60,803 bases of DNA. Source: a virus (taxonomy: Duplodnaviria > Caudoviricetes). Where the stretch lies: IMG/VR virus record IMGVR_UViG_3300020044_008671, positions 1 to 60,803 of that record, one strand, 5' to 3'. Shown here piece after piece: positions 28,249 through 40,200 of the stretch; the stretch's first letter is position 1, and every line of letters begins with the position of its first letter. The position numbers and the translations under genes were made by a program. The notes below the pieces were generated by a model that saw only the letters and a list, made by a program, of their open reading frames with translations, was not told the origin of the DNA and searched no databases.

Positions 28249-31200
28249 ATGGCAGAGATAGCAGAAGAAACCCCATTGGCGGTACAGCAAAATACAAACC
28301 AAGCATTAAAATCATTTCATAATGCGTGGAAGGATGATTTAAAGCTACCTCAAGATATAAATGAGTTTAAGAATGGGCTATCGAACGAGCAAGGAAGGAT
28401 GGCGTTTTGGAAGGCTTGGAAAGATGATATTTCCCTGCCAGACTTTGAAACTTTTAGTAGTAAGTTAGGATTTGATAAAGGTACAGCACAACCTATTCCA
28501 CCGCCTCCTGCAGTACAGGAAGAAATGCCGATGGAGACAACGCCTACCCAACAAGCTATAAAGCCAGGTATGGAAGGTTTGGCTGCTTTTACCAACAAGC
28601 AACAAAAGGAACAGGGCAGAATGTACTTTGATGATAAGATTAAGCCTTTAAAGATTAATCCGAATACAGAAGAAGACAATAAGCTTATTGAAGCCACTAT
28701 CAAAGATGCTCAATACCAAGCACCAACATTAAAAGAGCAAGAAAAGGAAGAGGTAAGCCTTGAAGCCTACCAAGAAAGAGTTGCTGCAAGGTACAACAAA
28801 GTAGCACTATCTATCGATGTTTGGATATTGCAGAACAAGACACAAGTTGAAGAAGAGATTCAAGAGAAAAAAAACGCAGATCCTGCGTATATCTCACTTA
28901 GAGGAAGTATTGAGGCGAAGACCATAGAATATCAACAAGGACTAGTTCAACAGGCACAACAAGCAATTGCAGGTCAGCAGATAAGTAAGGAGCAACAAGC
29001 ACAGATTAGTCAAGAGATAAATAAGAAGACGCAAGAGTTTAAAGATGCTGAATTTTTAAAGAGCAAAGAAGCGTTTGATAAGATTTCAGCTCCGCACATT
29101 AAAGATGGAGAGGATAAGTTAAAAGCGCAGTGGGATAACTACCAACGTGAGGCGATGAAGCCTAATACTGCTATCATCCCCCAAAAGATGCTTGACAATG
29201 CCCTAAAGCTTGTTACAAGTCCTCAGTTTGACGCACTTGGATATGAAGGTAAGAAGACTACGATAGCTAACTTTTGGAAGAGACAAGAGGCAGCCTTAGA
29301 AGGCAAAGGGCTTTCATTTGATAAGATAGAGGCTATCAAGGATGAGTATTACTATGCGGTAATGCCCAAGGTAGTTGTTAATGAAGAAAATCAAATAGCC
29401 CCTTTTGCTATCCGATCATTTGCAGAAGACCAAATAGAGGTATTAACACAACAGATTGCAGAAGCACAGAAAGCAGTACAAGTAGCGGACGCAGAGCAGG
29501 CGACATCACAAAGATTTTCTTCTAAGAACGACCTTGTAGTCCCAACTGTTACATCAAATAGAGCAGCAGACAAGGCAAAAGAAAACGTCTATAATTTAAT
29601 ACAAGCTAAAAAACATCTTGAAAACATTTTAGAACTATCAGATAATGAGTTCGCAGGTTTTTGGGCAGGTTTTGGAGCGCATGGCGTTCGCAATAAGATG
29701 CCATTCCTTTCTTCTATGCTTGACATTTCAGAGGCTGCAAACCTATTTACGGTAGTTAATAAATTAGATGCAGGACAACCGTTAAACGCAGGAGAAAAAG
29801 CTTTGTTAACAGCTTATTCTGCAGATCAGTCTATGCAGTCAGTTGCAAGAACAACGATGGCGTATAAAGCAGGAGAAGGTGTAGCACATTCATTGCCGTA
29901 CATGGCAGAATTCGTTGCTACCTCTGGTGTTTTTACAGGCACATACTCGGCAACAAAATTAGCACTTGAAGGGGTGTTAGGATCGTATGCTAAAAAAGCT
30001 ATGGTTCAAAGAGCAATCGTCAAGCCATTAGCAGGATTAATAGCTATCGAAGCTCAAACAGCAGCTAACCCACAAGCATACATCAAGGCAACACAAGAGC
30101 GTATGTTACCATCTTTTCAAGTAGCATTTGGCGAAAAGGGAGAGCAGATGGCAGCGATATTAGATAGAAACGCTGTAAATCAACTAACAGGATATAATAC
30201 AGGACACAACGAAGAGTTTTGGACTGCTTTGGTAAAAGGATTTGGCACTACCTCAGTAGATTTTGCTACAGAGAGAGGGGGGGAGTTAATTGAAAAGACG
30301 TTTAAATGGGCTGCAGGCAAAAAGAATATTCAGAAGTTCCTAACGCCTGACGTTATTAAGCGACTATCAATAGGACATTACCTAGAAAAGATGGGCCTAC
30401 AGCCTGATGCTGCAATAAAGAAGTTTATAGCAGAGAAGATGTCCTATCAAAGTTTTCCTGCTGAATTATTTGAAGAGTTTACAGCGATAGCTCCATCTAA
30501 CTTGATTACAGGAGATGCGCCAATGATGACAGGTATTGTCAATTATGACGATACCAACAAAGACTTCTTTGACTGGAAGGCGATAGGACAATTGACAGCA
30601 ACAGTAGCAGCAACATCAGCCTTATTAGGAGGAGCAGAGTTAGCAGGCACTATTGCATCAAAGGCTTGGCAGAAAACAAACCCTATCAAAGTAACGATGA
30701 GGGACAGAAACGGCAATGCGTTTAAGATAACCATAAAGCACTCTACACTTGCGCAGATTGTGAAGTTTAACACAATGAGCAAGGATGAATTAGTAAAGTG
30801 GAGAGACGAGGCGTTGCCAAAAATTGATGAAGAAGGAGATGCTAGATTATGGGTAACAAAATACGCTGATCAATTTATTAAGCAGAAGTCAGAACAAGAA
30901 GAACAAAACGCAAAGTCAAGAGAAAACTTATTAGGACAACTATTGCCTGATTTTACAGGGCAGAAGGCCACTTTTGAACAACAAGAAATATTTGATATCC
31001 TCCAAGCAAGAGTAGAAACATTGCTAGAAGAAGGATTAATACCACTACCAAAAAATGAAGAAGGAAACCAAAACGCACAAGGCAACCAACCCTTATCACA
31101 AGAAGCAGGGGAACAAGAAGATGGAACCGGCAAAGAAGGGGCCAAAGAAAATGAAGTAGGCAGATATGCAGCAGCTATTCCTACAATGCAGGAGTTGGAG

Positions 31201-34200
31201 GTTGACCTTCCGACAAGGCAGTTGGTAGGGCTTAGAGATAAAATTAAGGCTAATCCCGATAATACCGAAGCTATCATACAAGAAGAGGTAGATAGGCTTA
31301 AAGCGCAACAGTCGGATCCTGTATTTAAAGATCAGCCCGACTTTTTAGAGGCACAACAAGAGAAGATAGCAGCGCTAGAGAATGTAGTTGCTAAGATACA
31401 GGCTTCAACAAAAGTTACTCCTGGTCAACAAAACCAAATAATAATAAACCAAGATGGAAAAGCAGAAGAAAAACCCTTGTTGGAAGGGGTACAAAATGTT
31501 GGGAATGAAGGACAAGTCGGGCAAGAAAGTCCCGAACTGCGTACCCAAGAAGTCAACCAAGCAAAAGAAAGGGTAGATAAGTTTGTTTCAGAAACATTAG
31601 CACTTTCAACAACAGACCAAAATTTAAAGTCATTATTAGAGACTGATCCAAGAGCAGCACTACAAGACCTTATAGATTTCCATACAAATCAGAAGAGAGG
31701 GAAAAGTGATGTTTCGCAGAAATACCATCAAAGGGCTATTGATAGGTTTACAGCCTTACAAAACGATATTGACTTAATCAATCAAAATCAACAATCTGAA
31801 TTTAAAACCATAAGCGAATTTAAGGTCGGAGATATTGTTTCCGATAAAACAGGCGTAAATTATGAGGTAATGTCTCTTAATAACAAAGAGGCTAAGTTGA
31901 AAAACTTATCAGATACAGCTATGCCGGGAAGAATTGAAACCTACCCTATTGGCACTAACGCTAGGTTTAAATCTATATCTAAAAAAGTATTAACCCCTAA
32001 AAATAATCAAGATGAAAATGAAAATGGAATCCAAGAAGGAAGAAATGATGGAAAAGAAAATGTCTCCGAAAATGTACAAGGCGATGGAAAAGAAGGAGGG
32101 CAAGAAGTCGACAAGCAAAAAGAAGAAAAAGAAAGCCTGTTAAACCCTTCTGCACAACAAGACAAAAACAGTTCCAAAACTACTACGACAGAGCCTATGG
32201 TTATCTTTAAAGGTAACAGAGGCAAGTTAAACCCTGATGGGACTAAAAAGACAGCACACCCTGGAGTAGAGGGTGTTTTTGGAAGTACACAGTTAAAGGC
32301 TGCACAAAGATATGGAGAGGATATCTCGGAGTTTGACATTCCGATAGGCACAACCATAGAAACGGTAGAGCTAGAAGACAAAAAAACTCCTGTATCAAAG
32401 GCAAGAAAGATAGAAACAGACTTGATAAACAACTCTGATGCGCAGGTAGTAAGATTAATTACGATAGACGCAACAGGGAGAGAAGTTCAGTATATCATCA
32501 AAGACAAAAGCCTATTAGGTAAAAGGCCAACAGACGAAGTTACCGAAGCAGACGTTGTAGGTAAAGCCCTAATCCCTCGACTTAACAGAGGATTTTTAAA
32601 GGTAGGAGCCTTTATTCTAACTAACGAAAAAGCATTAAGAAATAAGGCTGACGATCTAATGTTGCAGGGAGAAGACTTGCGATTTAATATGACAATGCCT
32701 AATGGGGATAAAAAGACAATCAAAATAGTAAGTGAAGATGTTGTAAACGGATTTTATTCTCCATTAGAAAGAATAATCAACGAAACTAAGCTAGAGAAGC
32801 TTCCTGCAAAACAATGGTTAGATAAGTTTGGCAAAGGAGAAGAGGCTAAGTGGACCGGATTAGCAGAGTGGCTATCACAACAGCAAGGATCAGTCTCTAA
32901 AGCAGACATACAGCAGTACCTTAAGAACAACAGAATTAGTGTTGTTGAGGTTGTTAAAAGCGAGAACGACAAAAATCCAGAGTACCTAAAGCTAGTAGCA
33001 CTAGTGGAGGAGCTAAATAGTAAAGAGGGCAACAGAGTAGAACTGACAGATGAATTATACATAAACGGAGACGTAGGTAATTTCCTTAGTGCTGATGGAC
33101 TTACAATCAACATGGAAGAGTATGATCCAAAAAACTTTCCTAATTATACAAGAGAAGAATACGAAGAGCAGGCTAAAAAAGCAGTAGAGGCTCAAAAGAT
33201 TTTTAACGCAAATCAAGGTACGTGGGAAGATAACGGAGGTGTTAGTAGTGTTCGATATACAGACCAGCAAGAACAAGGAGAAAAAGAAAACTACAAGGAG
33301 GTGTTGGTTACGTTGCCATCAAAAAGAAATAAAGCAAAAGTTGTAGAGAAAGATGGGAAGTGGAAGATACAAAATTCAGACGGTAGTTTATCGCCAGTTT
33401 CTTTTACAGCCAAAAGTTTTGCAGAAAAAGCATTAAAAGAATATATAGAAAGAGAACAAAGTGGAGAGAGAACGGATAAAGAAACATTCAAATCCTCCCA
33501 CTTTGATGAACCAAATATTCTTGTTCATTTAAGAATGAATACTCGTACCGATGCAGATGGTAATAAAGTATTATTTCTTGAAGAAGTACAGAGCGATTGG
33601 GGGCAGATAGGGAAGAAGGAAGGGTTTGGCGAAACTTTTGTTATAAAAAGCAGAAACGGAATACCCGTTGGAAAAGAATTTTCTAATAGAAAAGATGCTG
33701 AAAAATACTTAAAAGAAAATTTTGATTTTGCTAAAGAAGGCGCTTATACTGTTCAGTCTAAAAATTCAACTCCTGCCGCGCCATTTGTGATGGACACAAA
33801 CGCATGGACCAAACTAGGGCTTAAGGTTGCTTTAAAAGAAGCAGTAAAGCAGGGTGCTGATAAGATTGCGTGGACAACAGGTGAGCAACAGAATGAAAGG
33901 TATAATTTAAGTAGGATAATTAAAAATATAGATGCTAAGATTGATGGGACAGCAGCATCAGATAACTCACCTATTTATAAGATAACATCAAAGTATAAAA
34001 GTGGGGAAGAAACAATTGGAAGTTATAGACAAGATGAATTAGAGGGTGTAGTAGGAAAAGAACTCGCTGAAAAGATTATCAAGAATAAGGGCGGAAAATA
34101 CGAAGGTGTAGATTTGCAAGTTGGCGGTAAAGGCATGAAAGGCTTTTATGGTTCGCCAACAGAAGGTAGTTTAGGTATAGTAGGTAATGTAGCTAAAAGT

Positions 34201-37200
34201 TTATTTAAGCAAGAGCCAAAAACGGTAACAATAGAAGTTTTAGGTAAAGTTCCCGATAGAACAAGCGTAGCTGATATTTATGAGGCAGGCGGAATGGAGG
34301 AGTTTAAAAAGAAAAACGTAATTAAATCCACCCAACACTCCATAGACATAACCCCCGAATTAAAAGCGCAAGTAGCACAAGGGCTTCCTTTATTTCACTT
34401 TGGCAATGATGGAGAGATATTAGGCTTTGCGTATGATGGTAAAATGTACTTGAATGGAGAGAAGCTTACGGCGCAGACTACCATGGAAGAGGCAGGCCAT
34501 ATATGGATCAATTGGTCAAAACAAAACCGACCAGACTTATATGATGCAGGGCTTAAAAAGGTAGCAAGTTCTAAATATCTAGTGCAAGTTTCTGCTAATC
34601 CTAAATACAAGGCAGAGGCTTTGAAGGTAGGTAAAGCAGGAAGTAAAGAGTACAACGATTACCTATTAGAAGAAGCGTTAGCTAAAGCTATTGCGGACCA
34701 AGGAGCATTATTTGTTTCTCAATCTAAGAGAGATTCCTTTAAGGAGTGGGTGCGTGAGATGTGGAAGGCAGTTACAAAAGCATTTGGCATCCAAGGTTTA
34801 TCATCAGAAGATATAGCTAAGTTGACTTTAGAGGACTTTGCTAAGATGGCAGCAGCAGATACTTTATCGAAAGAGAAGAAGGCAAAGCCAACTCAAGAAA
34901 TAAAGCCAACATTAGTTGCAGGAGAGGGAATGTTTCCTCTTAAAGATATTAATACAGACGAGGTTAGATTTCAGAATAGAGACAAGGCATTTAGTCCTGA
35001 ATCAGTAGCAAGGATTGTCAAAAACTTTGATCCTAACAAAATGGACGCTGTTGTCCTTTGGAAAGATCCCAAGGATGGCAAGACATATATGTTGTCGGGA
35101 CACTCTCGACTAGAGGCGCACAAACAACTAGGTAAAGGTCAGATTAAATCAAGGTTCTTTACAGGAACAGAGGCAGAGGCTATTGAATATGCTCGTACTT
35201 CTAACGTGCAAGGAACAAGAGAGACTAATACTGAAAGGGCAGCCTATTACAGAGCAAAGCGATTGGCAGGCGCTACAAACGCAGAAATAGAGGCAGAGGC
35301 AAAAGAACTAGAAGGGGCAAACGCAGCTAAAATCATTAGCTATTCATATTTAAACCCAAAAGGAAAGGTTGTCGCTGCATTACAAGCAAGCGAAGGAGCA
35401 GACGTTGCAAGTGAGAAAAATATCGAGGCGATAGCTAACTGGATTGGAAGTTCAAGAAAGCAATTTTCTATCTTGACAAATGCGCATGAAGATGAGATGT
35501 ATAATTGGCTTGTAGGAGAAGGCGTGTATGGCAATATTATTAAAAACAAATTGGTATTTACTGATCGCATCAATGCTGCGATAATGAAGAACACAGAGTT
35601 TGGAACCTTTAATGCTGAAAAGCCACTTAATCTCAACAATAAAGCAACTAAGACTTCTATTGAATTAGAGTACGATCAAGCAGTTGACGAGGCAACAAAA
35701 ACATTAGACGCAGCCAACAAAGCATTGGCAGCTAAAAGAACTGAATTAGTTACAAGAAAGGCTACAGCAGAAGAGATAGGCCGTATTCTTAAGCCATTCA
35801 ATGACGCAGTAATTGTAGCACAAAAGACATTAGTTGAGTTAAAGGCTAAGAAAGGAGAAGTGCTAGCAGCAGCAGCCAACCAACCATCATTATTTGACGA
35901 AATCCAAGAAAACATAGACAATGGAAACACCAATGAAGAAGAAGTCATCATTACCTTATCAAAGCCCGATGAGCCAATACAAGAAGATGATCAGGCTAGT
36001 GGAGGCGTTACGCCAAAACCATCCCAAGAAGACAATAAAACAAAAATAGATTCTATTAATGTTTTAGCTATAAAAGAGAGTGTTACAAACTTTGGTAGAC
36101 TGCAAGTGGGAGACAAGTTTTACATAGTCAAGCATAAAGCATTTACGCCTAGTTGGGATGGTGCTATATTAGGCGTTAAAACAGGTCCAGGCAAGTATAA
36201 GGTGGGTAAAAACGTCTTTGATATAGACGATACGGATATTGTTGTTTTAGAGTCCGATGTCATAAAAACACTTACCCCAACAGAATTCTATACTATTGCA
36301 AACGCAAGCACAAGAGCTGCAGGATGGGGCAATGCTTTAGTGGCAAAAGAGTTTCCAAAAGAGGTTCAAGATTTTTATTGGAGTGTTTCTGATAAAATGG
36401 TATCTATGTGGAAGCCTGGGCAACAATATAGTATTGGCCAATCTAAATATGAAATAGGTCTTATTACTACTGATGATAATGGACATAAAGTTGCACAAGT
36501 TACTGTAATAAAAGCGCCAACAAACTATTTTGGCGGATCCTCTATACAACAAGAAGGAGATGTAATTCTTAATGCTGTACCAACTCCCAAAGCTCAACCT
36601 ACACCTCCCCCAAGCCAAGAAAACAAACCCAAAGAGCTAACAATAAAAGCGAAGGGTGCTAAATATGAATATAGGGCGACTGATTCAACAGGCAACCATC
36701 TTTATATATCAGCAACAGGAACTAAGTCAACATACCCATATTTAGTGGTAGCTAAATACGGAAGTCAAAACTTCATTGTAGATATAGTAGACCATTGGGA
36801 GTTTCCTGATTTTGGGCAATATAAAATAGGGGCTAACAAACCTAATTTACAACCTACACCTCCGCCAAGCCAACCAAATCCTAAAGCAAAAAAGAGAGCA
36901 AGACGAGAAGTTGAAGAAGATCCTGAATTAGATCAATTACTAGGAGACTTATCGAATTTAGTACGCAACTCACGAAAAAATACAAACGTTAACTTTGATC
37001 CAATACAGGCAGCAGCCATAGCAGCTAAAGGAATTCAAATAGTAGCCTCTTACATAAGAAAAGGGGTGTATAAGTTTAAAGATATCATAGAGGAATTATA
37101 TGATAGAATTGGCGATACAGTCAACGATTTATACTTATCAATAAAAAAAGCCTATTTTTCTTATAACGCAGAAGCTGCTGACGAGATTGCAAGCCAAATG

Positions 37201-40200
37201 GATAATCTTAGTGATATTAGAAATATTACTTTGGCAGATATTATTCCTCAAGAAGAAGAAGACGAAGAAATAATTGAGGAAGAAATTGACAACGAAGATC
37301 CAATGTCTGAAAGAGACATGCAGATAGCAACGATAGCCCCATTTGCAAATAAAATACTATCAATGTTTGAAGATGGTTTTAAATGGACTTCAAGAACGCA
37401 GTATGAGAATATAGCTAAAATATATAAGATTACGGATCCTGCTATTGCAAAAGAAGGAGTTGAATATGCAATTACGCTACACGTTAAAAACATTGTCGCA
37501 CAAGGCAAGGAAAGCGGATTATCAGAGAAAGAGATTTACGACAAGATAGTTGACTTTTATGGCCAACAGCCTAATATGAGTCTGCGAACTAGCGAAAGCA
37601 TAGAGAATCAACAGTACTCAACACCTACTCCGTACTCATTTGCAGCAGCAATGTTTGTGGGTGGAACAGAAAATACAGAAGGCAAGCAGTTCTTTGAGCC
37701 ATCAGCAGGAAATGGACTATTGGTAAGTGCAATACCAAGCGCACAGGTAGAAGTAAACGAGATTGACGAAGTAAGAAATCATACCTTAACATTACAAGGA
37801 TTTAAGTTTGTAGGATCACAAGACGCAACCAATAGCTTTAACAACAAGCTAAAAGCTTTTGATGGTATTTTAACTAACCCTCCATTCGGTCCGATGGAGA
37901 CTACCATGTCGTATGATGGATTTAAGATTCGTGATAAGGCACATTGGATGGCGTTGAAAGCATTGGAGACAATGGCCGACAATGGAAGTGCAGCAATTAT
38001 TGTAGGAGGAAACAGCGAATACGAAGCCTCGGGATATATAGCAAACAACAAAGCGTTTATCAATTATCTGAATACAAGATATAATGTAATCGATATTATT
38101 AATGTAGATGGTAAGCTATACTCTAAGCAGGGGACTACGTTTCCTACGCAGATAATACTTATAGGCGGAAGAAAGTCCGAAGTAGGAAAATTGGCGTTTA
38201 ATATGCCAATTGAAAAACAAGCAGCAGTTAATAATTGGGATGATTTATACTCACGAGTAAAAATAGCACAAGATGAAAGAAATATTTTACAATCCAACTT
38301 GGATGCCGGACGAAAGGACAGCTTGCCTCCTAATGGTCAAATGCAGCCGGGAACACCGCCCCAAGAACAAAACCCAACTCCAATACCTCCTAGAGGACAG
38401 AGTGGAGGAAATGGTCAAATTACAGGAGGAGGAATGGCCGGGCCACGCAGTGGGACAAATGAAGGCAGAAATCCTAGACTCCCAAATCCACGACCAAATT
38501 CCACGAACCAACAACCCGAAGATATTAGCCCAATTCCTGGTGGAATACGGTCCGATGGGCCAAGCATTGAGGATGCCAGTAACCAAGACGAAGGCGAAAC
38601 GGTTAACCCAAGCCCAATTACAGGAATTGTGGGAGAGGATGGATTTTCAAAATCTACTCGATATGATGTAGAAGAAGTATTCGCTAGTAAAGTTGATGTA
38701 CCATATTTGCCAGTTTCTACTGCTAATGGAGGAGGAACTAGAATTCCTTCTACAATGGCATTACCTTTAGAGGCTGCACTATTACAAATAGATCAGCAGT
38801 TTGGAGGAATAGATAATTATGTTGCTAATAAGTTAGGCTATAAAACAATAGCTGATTTACATGAAGTTTTCTTAGCGGAGCAAATTGATGGCGTAGCGTT
38901 GGCTATCTATAATATCGACAAAGGAGAAGCGGTAATAATTAGCGACATGGCAGGAATTGGAAAGGGAAGAATAGCTGCAGGGATTATACGCTATGGTGTG
39001 AGAATAGGGAAGAAGCCTATTTTTATGACGCAGAAAGCTGCCTTATTCTCTGATATGAAACGTGATTTAATGGACATTAAGAGTGGGGATCTTGTGCCAA
39101 CGATTATGTCTAGTAATACCGAAGCTAATATAGTTGTTAAAGACGACAACGATAATGACGTTCTTATGCATAAAGCTCCAAGTTTGGAATTAGCTAAAAG
39201 AATATACGAATCGGGCCAAATGTTGCCTGGCACAGACTTTATGTTTGCCAACTATTCTTATTTTAACAAAGCAGCAGAAAAAGCAAAAAGAAATTTTTTA
39301 AAAGGGTTAGCAACAGATAACATCCTAATCTTAGATGAGAGCCATACTGCAGCAGGAGAAAAGCCTGCAAGAAGGCAGAAGAATGAAGATGGTACTGAGA
39401 AGATAAATTTAGCAACGTTTATGCGTAGTGTAGTTGAAGTTTCGCAAGGAGTAACTTATTTAAGTGCCACCTATGCCAAGACTGCTAAAAACATGCCTAT
39501 TTATGCGCTCAAAACAGCAATCAGAGACACAGGATTAAGCCCAGACGAAATTACGATAGCGATAGAATCGGGGGGAGTACCTTTGCTAGAGGTAATATCA
39601 AGACAGCTAGTTCAGTCGGGGCAATTAGTAAGAAGACAACGTAGCTACGATGGAATAAAATTCCAATATCCTGTTATTGGAGAGAATAATGAGGCTGAAA
39701 GAGATGCGCAATGGAAAGTCGCAGATGAAATCACTGCACTATATCGCAAGATTATTTCTTTTCAAGAAGAATATGTGCAGCCTGCAATAGAAGCTTGGGA
39801 TAGTGAATTACAACCAGTAGGAGGTGGGGCAGGCGCAACACAAGGAACGGTTAAAATGGGAATTTCTAACACCCCATTTGCAAATAAGCTATACAATACC
39901 ACTAACCAGCTATTGTTAGCATCAAAAGCGGATGCTGTAGCAGATATAGCGATAGCTGAACTAAAAGCAGACAGAAAAGTAGTGTTGTTTGCCATGAACA
40001 CGATGGAGTCGTTTATGTCTGACCAAGATAATTTAGGGCAAGAGATGGAAAGCCCTGATTTTATTGAGGTAACAAAAAAAGCTTTATCGGGAATTTTTAG
40101 AGTTACAATGACAACCATGTCTGGCCAAAAAATAGACATGATATTGCCATTAGACAGATTAACGAAGGAAGGGCAAGAGGAGTTCCGTAAGTTAGAGGAG

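Noticed and set aside
36572-36640. Short +1-frame ORF MLYQLPKLNLHLPQAKKTNPKS
   Set aside because: Weak start context; the main-frame Pro-rich repeat explains the sequence
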